Positions 55,163-64,000 of a stretch of DNA of 64,000 nucleotides are shown in pieces. The position numbers were made by a program, and so were the translations under genes. The notes beneath the pieces are model-generated. The model saw nothing but the letters and a program-made list of their open reading frames with translations, ran no database searches and was not told where the DNA came from. The DNA lies in contig CAXXXD010000004.1 in NCBI GenBank assembly GCA_963663385.2, positions 608,001-672,000 of the forward strand. The letters are read 5' to 3'. This DNA is from Oceanispirochaeta sp. GTDB taxonomy: Bacteria > Spirochaetota > Spirochaetia > DSM-2461. How positions within the stretch are numbered: position 1 is the stretch's first letter; each line of letters starts with the position of its first letter.

Positions 55163-57352
55163 TTACTCCTCATCCATAAAAATCACTCGATCTTCCTGTA
55201 CTTCCGAAGCCCGTGCTGTATCCGAACCGGAGCCGACGGCGGCTAGGTAGCTGTATTCGGCGGTTTTGTCTGAATCGATATTTTTTGCCAGCTCAAAGTA
55301 GTTACCCGCATCGTCAAATTTTTCCATGGCGTAATAGGCCTTGGAGAGGTTCAGGTTAATAATAACGGCGGCACTGCTGGAGGCTTTTTCTTTCTTTTCC
55401 AGAATGGTGTAAGCCTGGTTCAGAAGGTCGATGGCTGTTCCGTAGTTTTCGTTGATAAATTCCAGGTTCCCCAGGTTCACCAGAGGGCTTATATAATCCG
55501 GGTCCAGTTTGATGGCATTGCTAAAAGCTGATCGTGCTTTTGTCAGGTTGTTGAACTCCGCCAGGGCGATTCCCAGTTTGTTGAAGTCCTGTTTTGTCCC
55601 CCGGGTTTCCGCACGGTCGTAGAAGTCCGCCAGGATTGTATCTGTCAGGGTTCCCATATCCCTGGTAAAAGCCTGGCTGATAAAATCACTGCTGCCGTAC
55701 TGAAGCCCCAGGTCTTTCTCTCTCAGGCCTACGGGCCTGAAAAGCTCCCTCGCATCGTTTGTGCGGTAGAGCATCCGCATATCGGGTGTTTCCTCCAGAG
55801 AATTCCACTCGTCGGCTCCCTTCTTCCAGGCATCAATAAAATTTGTCCGGCCTATCAGGGTTATTTCAACGGGAACCCACAGTTTTCCGTCGATATTGAT
55901 TGTCATTGTTCTGTCGGGATGGATCTTTCCAAACCCCCTGGCATCGGTATTGGTGTTGAAGGCGGTGTATATATGTCCCGGTACGGTAATAAAGGCCGTT
56001 TCTATCCCCAGGGTTTCCAGAAGGCTGAGGTACATAACGGTCAGGTCGTCGCAGTCTCCGGTCAGCTTCTTCAGGGTGGTACGGGGAAGGCTTACCGAAT
56101 CGATTGTGGTGGAACCTTCTCCCGCTACCGAAGCAAAGGGCTGCATGGGATCTACCTGGTAGATGCAGCCTATCTCACCCAGAGCATGGAATATCTGAAT
56201 GGCGCTCTGAAGGTTTTTATTAAACTGCTCCAGCTCCTCCTCTTTACAGCTCTGGCGGATAAAACTTGTGTAATTCTGCAGGGCGCTGTCTGCGGGCGTG
56301 ATAAAGGCGGCTACCTTCCGGTCGTCATCCCAGACAATGGAGGATTTGTCATACAGATCATAGGAAACCGGATAGCTCTGTTCCACAGGTCTCCGGTTGT
56401 AGGTGTAGGATACTCTTATTTCCCCGGTAAGGGGGGTGATCCCCTCGGTCATAAATATCTCATTGTTAAAAGACGCTTTCAGATCAACAAGCTGAGAGCT
56501 GCCTCCTTCCATATAATCCATCTCATGAATAATGGTGGGGGCATCCATATAACCGGGCTGGAAGAAGGAAACCACCACATCGCTGATTTCTCCCTTTTCG
56601 GTGTTTTCCAGCTTGATGGAGCCGAAGGAGTTTTTTATATAATAGCTCTGCATAGCTGCAAAGAGAGGATCAATTTCCACATCCCGGAAGCGGATGCTTT
56701 TAATAGCCGCGGCAGGAGAGTCGGGATCCCGGCCGAATCGAAAACGAACGGCGCCGCCCACACCCAGAAGAAATCCGTTCATATCCGTAAAAAAGCTGTC
56801 CGTTGACTGCTGGTAACGGATGGTGGGAGCCAGTTCGATACTCATATTATAAGTGGGACTCAGTCCCAGATGAAGGCTGCCCTGGCTCAGCCAGTAACTG
56901 GTTCCCACGCTTCCTTCATCTGACAGGTTGGGAAATACACCCTGACCGTATCCAAACGCTCCGCCCAGGCCGATCTCGAAACTTTTGGTGAATTTGTGGG
57001 CCAGCCGGATCCCGCCCATCCCGTAGGTCATAGAGTTGTCCCAGGTGGATGACTCAATGGAATTCTGGCTGTTGGCGTTTGTGTATCCCCCTATGATTTC
57101 CGGTTGAATAACCGTCCATTTAGTATGGGTATAGCGCAGGCTGGCCGAAAGATCGTAGATGCTATAGGGCGAGCCCTCTTCGTAATTGGAGAGGGGGGAG
57201 AAACTGGTATAGTTAAATCCCAGTGTCAGGGGGGACCTGTAGTACTGGTTGTTATCGATTTTAGTTTCCTGTTTCGGTACCAGCACCTCCTCGGCAGCTA
57301 GCGTTCCGAAGAGGGAAAGTATAATGGCAAATAAAAGGATCTTTCTTTTCAT
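55163..57352 (-). CDS. Exported protein: beta-barrel-like N-terminus, transglutaminase-like core, TPR C-terminus
   Basis: Signal peptide; GDCDDL..GHIY..WVPVE; TPR NKLGIALA..A..AI.LDPDY. Confidence 0.72.
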   Translation of the reverse strand: MKRKILLFAIILSLFGTLAAEEVLVPKQETKIDNNQYYRSPLTLGFNYTSFSPLSNYEEGSPYSIYDLSASLRYTHTKWTVIQPEIIGGYTNANSQNSIESSTWDNSMTYGMGGIRLAHKFTKSFEIGLGGAFGYGQGVFPNLSDEGSVGTSYWLSQGSLHLGLSPTYNMSIELAPTIRYQQSTDSFFTDMNGFLLGVGGAVRFRFGRDPDSPAAAIKSIRFRDVEIDPLFAAMQSYYIKNSFGSIKLENTEKGEISDVVVSFFQPGYMDAPTIIHEMDYMEGGSSQLVDLKASFNNEIFMTEGITPLTGEIRVSYTYNRRPVEQSYPVSYDLYDKSSIVWDDDRKVAAFITPADSALQNYTSFIRQSCKEEELEQFNKNLQSAIQIFHALGEIGCIYQVDPMQPFASVAGEGSTTIDSVSLPRTTLKKLTGDCDDLTVMYLSLLETLGIETAFITVPGHIYTAFNTNTDARGFGKIHPDRTMTINIDGKLWVPVEITLIGRTNFIDAWKKGADEWNSLEETPDMRMLYRTNDARELFRPVGLREKDLGLQYGSSDFISQAFTRDMGTLTDTILADFYDRAETRGTKQDFNKLGIALAEFNNLTKARSAFSNAIKLDPDYISPLVNLGNLEFINENYGTAIDLLNQAYTILEKKEKASSSAAVIINLNLSKAYYAMEKFDDAGNYFELAKNIDSDKTAEYSYLAAVGSGSDTARASEVQEDRVIFMDEE

Positions 57353-57354
57353 GA

Positions 57355-58248
57355 CTATTGTTCCTTGATTGATTTGAAAATACGGGCTGACTGCTCAGCA
57401 ATATCGCCGGACGGTCCGGCTTCAGCTTTCTGAAACCAGTTCCCGGCACTTACGGGATCGTTCAGGCTGTAGTAGCAGCAGCCATATAGAAAATTCGCCA
57501 GTTGACGGTCCCTGTCAATTTTTAACTCATTATAAAAGCTGTCCAGCAGATCCAGGGCTTCAAGAAACTGGAATTGTTCTATCTGCCAGTTAACCCGGAA
57601 GAACATATATTCGTTATAGGTCTCGCTGTCTCTGGAAACCGTATAATCCGCCAGGGTCGCCTGAATATCCTTCACCTCATTCAACTGGAAAAGGCAGAGG
57701 ATAGCATGCAGGTAAAGGGTATCATAATTAGCCCCCTCCCATTCCATCCCGTCCTGAAAGTATCTCAACGCAGTCTTGAAATCACCGGCTTCATAGTATT
57801 CCATCCCCAGTCTATAGTCTTCATAATCCACATCTTCGAAATTCCCCAGGAAATCATCCGGGGTTACCTGCTGATCACCCCTGACGCCCGCGGTTGTTTC
57901 ATGTTTTATATCATTCTGTTTTAATGCAAGGCGATTGAGAATATAAGAGCTTGTTTGAATGGGGGATTGAATTCTGTTCCTGTATATTGTCTGCAGGTGG
58001 TAATCTCCGGGCTGAAAAAGTCTTATAATATTTCCGTTGTTCTCCAGTTCCAGGTAATCTCCTTCCTCCAGGATTACGGAACCGTCCAGGGGCAGTTTAT
58101 CTCCCATATTCAAGTCCAGTTCATCCGAACCGCATTTATAAAAAGGGTAACCCTCAAGGTACTGGATTGTCAGGGTCTGGGCAGCGGCGGTGCTGCTGAG
58201 AATGCTAATACCGACCACAAAAAGAATAACGGTTCTATTTCTCATCAT
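57355..58248 (-). CDS. Exported TPR-repeat protein with a FecR-like N-terminal segment
   Basis: Signal peptide from MMRN; TAGVRG; TPR-like YRLGMEYY..GDF..A and FLYGCCYY..A..WF. Confidence 0.65.
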   Translation of the reverse strand: MMRNRTVILFVVGISILSSTAAAQTLTIQYLEGYPFYKCGSDELDLNMGDKLPLDGSVILEEGDYLELENNGNIIRLFQPGDYHLQTIYRNRIQSPIQTSSYILNRLALKQNDIKHETTAGVRGDQQVTPDDFLGNFEDVDYEDYRLGMEYYEAGDFKTALRYFQDGMEWEGANYDTLYLHAILCLFQLNEVKDIQATLADYTVSRDSETYNEYMFFRVNWQIEQFQFLEALDLLDSFYNELKIDRDRQLANFLYGCCYYSLNDPVSAGNWFQKAEAGPSGDIAEQSARIFKSIKEQ

Positions 58249-58346
58249 AAATACCCCGTAATAATAAACTCGATACTTATGAAAATATACCATTTATTAA
58301 TAAAAAACATCAAAGGGAAATGTTATTTATTAAAAAGGACCTCCTC

Positions 58347-61300
58347 TTACTGATTTATCTGAAGTGAGTAGAGTGTATAGTGATCATGTACGACAATATA
58401 GTTTCCGAACAACTCAATTGTTTCATTGTTCCCCGAAATCAACCCGTAAGGACTGATATAGATCATCCGGGGACTGTCAGCTTTTTCCAGAGAATACATG
58501 TAGACGGTAAAATTTTTTGTAAAATAGAGGATGCTTCCTTCGGCCAGCAGCCCTGAATTATAGAGATTGATGGCAGCCAGGGCGGATCCCAGTTCTGCGG
58601 GGGTTAAACTCCCGGCACTGATCCCGCTTGACGAGGCATTCGCTTCCACCCAGTCTGTCTGCGGTCTGGCGGGCAGAATATAGGTAGCCAGATCTGCCGA
58701 GAATACAATGTGATCTTTCGTTGCGCTGATATTTGTGGCAGAGCGTTCTGCCGCATCGGAATTCCTGTTATAGAAATCACCGATATAGATGGGATTCAGG
58801 GGATCGGTAATATCATAGCATAACAGGCCGTACCAGTTATCGGCAATGTAAAGGTAATCGTCTCGGGCAAGAACAAATTCGGCGCTGCGGTTAACCGGAA
58901 TCAAACCGACGGACACAAGATTTTCCGGATCTGAAATATCGAATATTTCAACACCGGCTCCCCCTTCTCCCGCATAGAGATAGTCTCCCCAGTAATCAAG
59001 GGATGTTGTATTATCGACTCCAACATAGTACCGGGGAGATGCGCTGACGTCTCCATTGGCAGATAACCCGATAACCGCTATTTCTCCGGAAGTGTTTGAT
59101 CCGGCGGCATAGAAAGCGTAATCTCCCAACACGACCACATCTTCACTGTACATACTCTGATAGTTCAATCGGGACATCATTCCGCCGGAGGTAATCTGAT
59201 AGGCCGAGACGCCGAACCTTTGTGCAAGGTAGAGAATGTCTCCTTTCAGGAAACTTCCATAGGATTGACTGGGCGATTCTGTATCCGCTTCCGTCAGGGA
59301 TTCGGCATTGCTTGTTTTTATTGTCGTTATACCCGCGGAATCATCTGCCACGATAATCCCCTCGTCATTCAGTCCCAGTCCGGGGGAATCCCCCGTGGTA
59401 TCGTATTCAACTCTTTCATAGATACTGGACGGCGTGGATATTCCGAGTACTTTAACTTTGCCGTTTTTAGTGGAGCAGTAGGCGAAGGAGTCTTTTATCT
59501 CTACATCCGTCAGAGGTATGCCCGCATCGATTCCTCCCTGAAAATCCGGTGTGCCTGGGGTGCTTATATCATAGACCCACACACCCCCGTGGTAATAATA
59601 GCTGTCCGTGTAATCCGGCTGGCTGACAATCACCATAATGCCCGAAGCCGTGTCTATATCCAGGGCCGTAATATAGTCGAAGTCGTCGTACAGGTCGGAT
59701 GTTGCATGGGCCTCTTCGTAGTTGCTGGAATCGGTCAGGCTGACCGGTGTTCCTATGGAAGGGGCTGTCGGGACAGTACAGTCGTATGGTGTCAGTTTGG
59801 CATGACTGTTCGGGTCGGAGAAATCCGGCTGGGTTGAGATAAGGTAGGCGTAGTTTTCCGAAAATCCTACATCCTTCGGCATACCAGCTACTACTGCACC
59901 CATATTGATTGCTCCGGGAGATGCTGCTGTTGATATATCTGCGGATCCCAGATAGGCATCCGTTCCATCCCGCATCCCGATATAAAGGACATCTCTGCTG
60001 CTGTCTGCGGAAACGCAGTAGATATCATCAAACGGGGAGGCCGCCGGAGGATCTATCGTTTCCGATGGCTTGAGCTGGATATTTGCCGGGGTTGTAATAT
60101 CAAATGAATAGATCTTGTAAATTTCCTGACTGCTGAGGTTGGTGTACCGGAGGGCGACATAAGCCCGTTCATCGCTTATGGTCAGATCATTCCAGTAGAC
60201 ACTGCTGGTCTCCTTTTTTACATCCTCCAGGTCGCATTCATCCCGGGAAAGAACGGTAATACTGGACAGATCGGAGATATCCATCGCAATCAGTTCGATA
60301 TCCACCCAGTAGGGCGAACTCGGATTTGTGTGATGAACCCTGCGAATGGCATAGGCCGTATTGCCGGAAATTTCGACTCTTCCGTATAACTCTCCATTGA
60401 AAAAACGGTTTATTTCGGCCGACAGTTCCGTATACATTTCCGGGCACTGTGCCGCTATGGGCAAACTTGTTGTGTTTTCATTTTCTTCTGCTGATACCTT
60501 ATAATAGTAGATTGTACCGCCTGCAGCGCTTGTATCAGTAAATTCCGAATCAATAAGCAATTCGTTTGATAGCAGACTGTATGTGCCGTCTTCCCCGCTG
60601 CTCGAACGCCAGACCTGGTAGGTTACGGATTTCTGGGGCGGTACTTTTACAGGTTTCCATGTAAGAAATATTTTATCCTCGTATGTTTCCGTTTTGGGGA
60701 TAAGAGTGAAGGGGGACAGGGGGACTGTATCCATCAGGGGGGATGACCAGGTATTCCCCTCGCTGTCCGATGCGGTTACCCGGATCTGGCAGAGGATTCC
60801 GTTTTTGACGCCGTGTTCGCTGCTGTTCAGGGTTATCGGGGAGGCGGTTGCCAGTTCCGCCGCAGTAAGGGATATGGTTCCCGCCAGGCTTTCGGCAAAG
60901 GGAGTCCCTTCCGTATTGTAAAAAATCGTATAATCCTCGGCTTCTGAAATGGCAGCCCAGTTTATTGTTATCTCACTGTTTCCGGGTGTAACTGTCAACG
61001 ACGGGAGGGTGCTTCCCGGGTAGTTCAATTTTACGGAGACAGTCTCGGCAGAATTCCCGTTCCAGTCTACCGCATCAAGGGTCAGTATTATATCCGTATC
61101 GAACCTGGCTGTGGACAGTTCAAACGAGAAGATGCCGGCGCTTCCCGATTCACTTTCACTTTCGGTGACATCTACCGTTCCTTCTATGGTCTCTACTCCC
61201 AGAATGTCTGAGAGGGAATAGTTAATGGCCGGCATTTCCACACCATCATCCGATATGGATCCGCTTATGGTTATCTTCTGATCATAAATCGAGTCTTCTA

Positions 61301-61457
61301 TGGGGGTCTCCAGAACAAGAACCGGTACTGTTGTATCCGAGGCCCGGTCCAGTATGTTTTCCTTCATTTCAATCAGATTGTTTTTACAGGATACTGTAAC
61401 CAGCAGAAAAAACGCCGATACGAAATGCATAACACAAATTCCACGCCTCATAGCCAT
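58347..61457 (-). CDS. Large lipoprotein with Ig/FN3-like domains and LVIVD repeats (paralog of 42837..45857)
   Basis: Lipobox TVSC; GDYLYAGEG.AGVEIFDISDPEN, YLYIAD...GL..YDITDP. Confidence 0.8.
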   Translation of the reverse strand: MAMRRGICVMHFVSAFFLLVTVSCKNNLIEMKENILDRASDTTVPVLVLETPIEDSIYDQKITISGSISDDGVEMPAINYSLSDILGVETIEGTVDVTESESESGSAGIFSFELSTARFDTDIILTLDAVDWNGNSAETVSVKLNYPGSTLPSLTVTPGNSEITINWAAISEAEDYTIFYNTEGTPFAESLAGTISLTAAELATASPITLNSSEHGVKNGILCQIRVTASDSEGNTWSSPLMDTVPLSPFTLIPKTETYEDKIFLTWKPVKVPPQKSVTYQVWRSSSGEDGTYSLLSNELLIDSEFTDTSAAGGTIYYYKVSAEENENTTSLPIAAQCPEMYTELSAEINRFFNGELYGRVEISGNTAYAIRRVHHTNPSSPYWVDIELIAMDISDLSSITVLSRDECDLEDVKKETSSVYWNDLTISDERAYVALRYTNLSSQEIYKIYSFDITTPANIQLKPSETIDPPAASPFDDIYCVSADSSRDVLYIGMRDGTDAYLGSADISTAASPGAINMGAVVAGMPKDVGFSENYAYLISTQPDFSDPNSHAKLTPYDCTVPTAPSIGTPVSLTDSSNYEEAHATSDLYDDFDYITALDIDTASGIMVIVSQPDYTDSYYYHGGVWVYDISTPGTPDFQGGIDAGIPLTDVEIKDSFAYCSTKNGKVKVLGISTPSSIYERVEYDTTGDSPGLGLNDEGIIVADDSAGITTIKTSNAESLTEADTESPSQSYGSFLKGDILYLAQRFGVSAYQITSGGMMSRLNYQSMYSEDVVVLGDYAFYAAGSNTSGEIAVIGLSANGDVSASPRYYVGVDNTTSLDYWGDYLYAGEGGAGVEIFDISDPENLVSVGLIPVNRSAEFVLARDDYLYIADNWYGLLCYDITDPLNPIYIGDFYNRNSDAAERSATNISATKDHIVFSADLATYILPARPQTDWVEANASSSGISAGSLTPAELGSALAAINLYNSGLLAEGSILYFTKNFTVYMYSLEKADSPRMIYISPYGLISGNNETIELFGNYIVVHDHYTLYSLQINQ

Positions 61458-61807
61458 CTCCCGCGACTTATGTCAAATGTGAACCAATGCTTTTCAACTC
61501 CTTATGATGAAACTGTTTATTGTTATCAAGCCCTAGTTCTATTATAACCCTAATCCAGGGGATTTTCCTGTTTCCTTCCTGAAAAAATGTTTCTGTTTTT
61601 CTTCTTCTTTGAGTCAGCGGTGAAACAACGGATTATCCCTGCTGTTCAGGAACCTTCAATTCTGAACAATATTGGAACACCGCGGAAAGGTTCGTTGACA
61701 GAACAGGACACTTTATTCATTCGATTCTATTAATAGAGATCATTAAAAAATGACAAAAACGGGTAACACTTTTTCTGCCTCAGGTGTTAAAGAGGAATAT
61801 GAACAGA

Positions 61808-63010
61808 ATGAAAAGATATATAAGTACACTTCTTTTACTGATCCTGACAGTCGGAGCTCTCAGTTCCGAGGTCATACAAAGTATCGATATCGAAGGTTTG
61901 AAGAAAACAAAAGACTCGACCGTAAAGGGTATTATCGGTTACCGTGAAGGCGACCAGATTCAAATCGATAGTGAATCGGATATCCGGCAGAAACTGGTTA
62001 AATCCGGTCTGTTTGTCAATGAGACCATTGATGTCCAGTTGGAAGCCAGGGGAGATAAAGCTTTTATCAGGATCTATATGAATGACAGGGTCTCCCTCCT
62101 GCCCATCCCAATTGCCAGTTTCAGCGACGGTGAGGTTAACGTCGGTGCTTTTCTGATGGACAGTAATTTTCTGGGATATGGGCACAGCCTTTTTTCCGGA
62201 GGAATGTACGGCAGCAAAGACAGGATGTTTATGTTCGGGTATTCCAATCCGGCCTTTAGGGGGAGCCGCATAAAGATGGGCGTCTCCATGGGGGTATATG
62301 ACAATGAGGTTGAAATCACAACCCTTGAGGGTGAGGATAATCTTGTTGAATACGATCAGACAATGGCCCGTTTCGGTATCAATTCAGGGTGGGATCTGAA
62401 TCCTTTTGAAATCAGTCTGGGAGTAGACGGTTCCTATATTTCCGCCTCTCTCTCGGATAAGGATATTTTTAGATTTTCCCAGGATATCAGATTAGACTAC
62501 AACTCACTTTATTACGATACGTTTTTCACGGAAGGTTTCAAGACATATATAGGATATGAACTGCAGTCTTTTTCCGATGCTTTCGACCTGACCCAATCCG
62601 TTCAGGCATCTTTGTCCTATCAGTACCTGGTGCATGAACGCGTTCAAATTGAGCTAAGCGGGGATTCCGGGTATTCCAGCGGAGATGAGCTGCAGTCTCT
62701 TTTTCTTAAATACGGGTATTCCTGGACAATTCTGCCGGAAGATGTTCTTGCGGACCGTTTTATTCAGGGAGATCTCAAGCTGAAGTTTGCCGCTCTGGAT
62801 TTCAACTGGGGCTACCTGGCTGTTCCCCTTACCTATCAGTTGGGAGTCATGGACGGGATCAGCGGAGAGAACGAATTCTATCACGGGCCTTCCGCCGGTA
62901 TGGCAATCTATCTGAAGAAAGTGGCCATACCCGCTCTGTCTATCCGTTATGCCCATAATATGGAGAACAATAAGGGTGTCTTTACTTTCAATATCGGGAT
63001 GTCCATGTAA
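61808..63010 (+). CDS. POTRA-containing Omp85-like outer-membrane protein
   Basis: Signal peptide; IQSIDIEGLKKTKD POTRA; DSNFLGYG; C-terminal FTFNIGMSM; alternative starts at 61799/61784. Confidence 0.7.
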   Translation: MKRYISTLLLLILTVGALSSEVIQSIDIEGLKKTKDSTVKGIIGYREGDQIQIDSESDIRQKLVKSGLFVNETIDVQLEARGDKAFIRIYMNDRVSLLPIPIASFSDGEVNVGAFLMDSNFLGYGHSLFSGGMYGSKDRMFMFGYSNPAFRGSRIKMGVSMGVYDNEVEITTLEGEDNLVEYDQTMARFGINSGWDLNPFEISLGVDGSYISASLSDKDIFRFSQDIRLDYNSLYYDTFFTEGFKTYIGYELQSFSDAFDLTQSVQASLSYQYLVHERVQIELSGDSGYSSGDELQSLFLKYGYSWTILPEDVLADRFIQGDLKLKFAALDFNWGYLAVPLTYQLGVMDGISGENEFYHGPSAGMAIYLKKVAIPALSIRYAHNMENNKGVFTFNIGMSM

Positions 63011-63101
63011 CTGAAATGTACTACAGGAATAATCAGGAGACTCACCATTCATATTCAATTGGATAAATAGAAAAAGGAAAGTCTCCCGGATTGTTCTTTT
63101 C

Positions 63102-64000
63102 TTATCGATTTTTCCTTATCTGTTTTAAATCCTTCTGAATTTTAGCAATACCTTTCCACTTCTCCCGTTCCAGACGGGCGGCGCCGGCATCCTGACGGGT
63201 TTTCAGGTACTGGAGTTCCTTCTGAAGCTCCAGGTAGTTTTCATACCGTCTGTATTCCAGTTCTCCCGATGCAAGGGCCGCCTGAACGGCACAGCCCGGC
63301 TCTCCCTGATGGGAGCAGTCCCGGAAACGGCAGCCTTCAGACAGTTCGGTAATATCCTGGAATGCTTCAGCCAGGGCATCTTCATCAGCCCATAACTGAA
63401 CTTCTTTTAAACCCGGGGTATCCACCAGAATCACACCCGAAGGCAGACGGAATATCTCTTTGTGTGTCGTCGTATGGCGGCCCCTCAGATCTCCCTCTCT
63501 CTGGGCTGTGGTCTTTTGCAGCGGCTTACCCGCCAGGGCATTGATTATTGTAGACTTGCCAACACCGGACGGACCGGTAAGGGCAATGGTTTTCCCCGGT
63601 TTCAAAGTCGATTTCAGTTCAGGGAAGCCCTCTTCCGTTACGGCGCTTACAAGATAAACCTCAACACCCGGGGCTGCACTCTCAGCTGTCAAAAGAGCCT
63701 TCTCTCTTTCCTCTTGTGTACAGAGATCCGCTTTATTCAATACAATTGCCGGCCGGGCTCCGCTGTCCCAGGCCAGAGTCATATAGCGTTCCAGTCCTCC
63801 GGATGTAAAATTCCGGCCGCCGTTTATTCCGAATACAAGATAAATGGTATCGATATTGGCTGCCAGAACCTGCTCATCCGTTCTGTCTCCCGCTACTTTG
63901 CGGGAGAAGCGGCTTATCCGCGGGAGGATATATTCAATTATTGCCTTATCCTCCGATGCCCGGCGGAAAAGGACCCAGTCTCCAATGGCTGGATAGTCTG
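63102..64000 (-). CDS. rsgA: Ribosome small subunit-dependent GTPase A (5' end beyond window)
   Basis: Frame open to the edge (PAIGDWV..EQVLAANID); NKAD, GPSGVGKST, GRHTT, DTPG, CRFRDCSH..EPGC. Confidence 0.93.
   Translation of the reverse strand, partial: DYPAIGDWVLFRRASEDKAIIEYILPRISRFSRKVAGDRTDEQVLAANIDTIYLVFGINGGRNFTSGGLERYMTLAWDSGARPAIVLNKADLCTQEEREKALLTAESAAPGVEVYLVSAVTEEGFPELKSTLKPGKTIALTGPSGVGKSTIINALAGKPLQKTTAQREGDLRGRHTTTHKEIFRLPSGVILVDTPGLKEVQLWADEDALAEAFQDITELSEGCRFRDCSHQGEPGCAVQAALASGELEYRRYENYLELQKELQYLKTRQDAGAARLEREKWKGIAKIQKDLKQIRKNR

Overview
This 64-kb bacterial window looks spirochaete-like (Spirochaetaceae-type lipoproteins and gene content; the taxon is inferred). From left to right it holds: (1) a coupled pair of an HU gene and an HU–(EP)19–TM–LysM fusion gene that runs off the left edge; (2) rbsD; (3) a TauE/Rrf2 sulfur module with three copies of a candidate operator; (4) a ~24-kb surface-glycan locus with a Galf transferase and glf, cysD-cysQ-cysNC PAPS supply, wzm/wzt, a ~9.5-kb very AT-rich cassette (a 1926-aa sulfotransferase–coiled-coil–multi-GT protein and two more sulfotransferase-like genes), rmlACDB with nested REP-like repeats, further GTs and an internally deleted rmlD copy; (5) a LolD/FtsX-type ABC, LolA-like and barrel operon containing a metzincin-like lipoprotein with an E-to-Q active site; (6) one NarL-type kinase with two LuxR regulators; (7) two paralogous ~1000-aa FN3/LVIVD lipoproteins; (8) tRNA-Asn; (9) a sigma54 nitrogen block (glnA type III, PII, amtB, and a NifA-like activator with a 1-nt frameshift in its HTH); (10) birA-bioY-ECF; (11) a transglutaminase-like/TPR operon; (12) an Omp85-like gene and rsgA. 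The best candidates for novel systems are the sulfate-capped, ruler-controlled ABC glycan pathway on a swapped cassette, and the HU/HU-TM-LysM DNA-to-wall tether. All calls rest on motif recognition by eye; no database searches were run.
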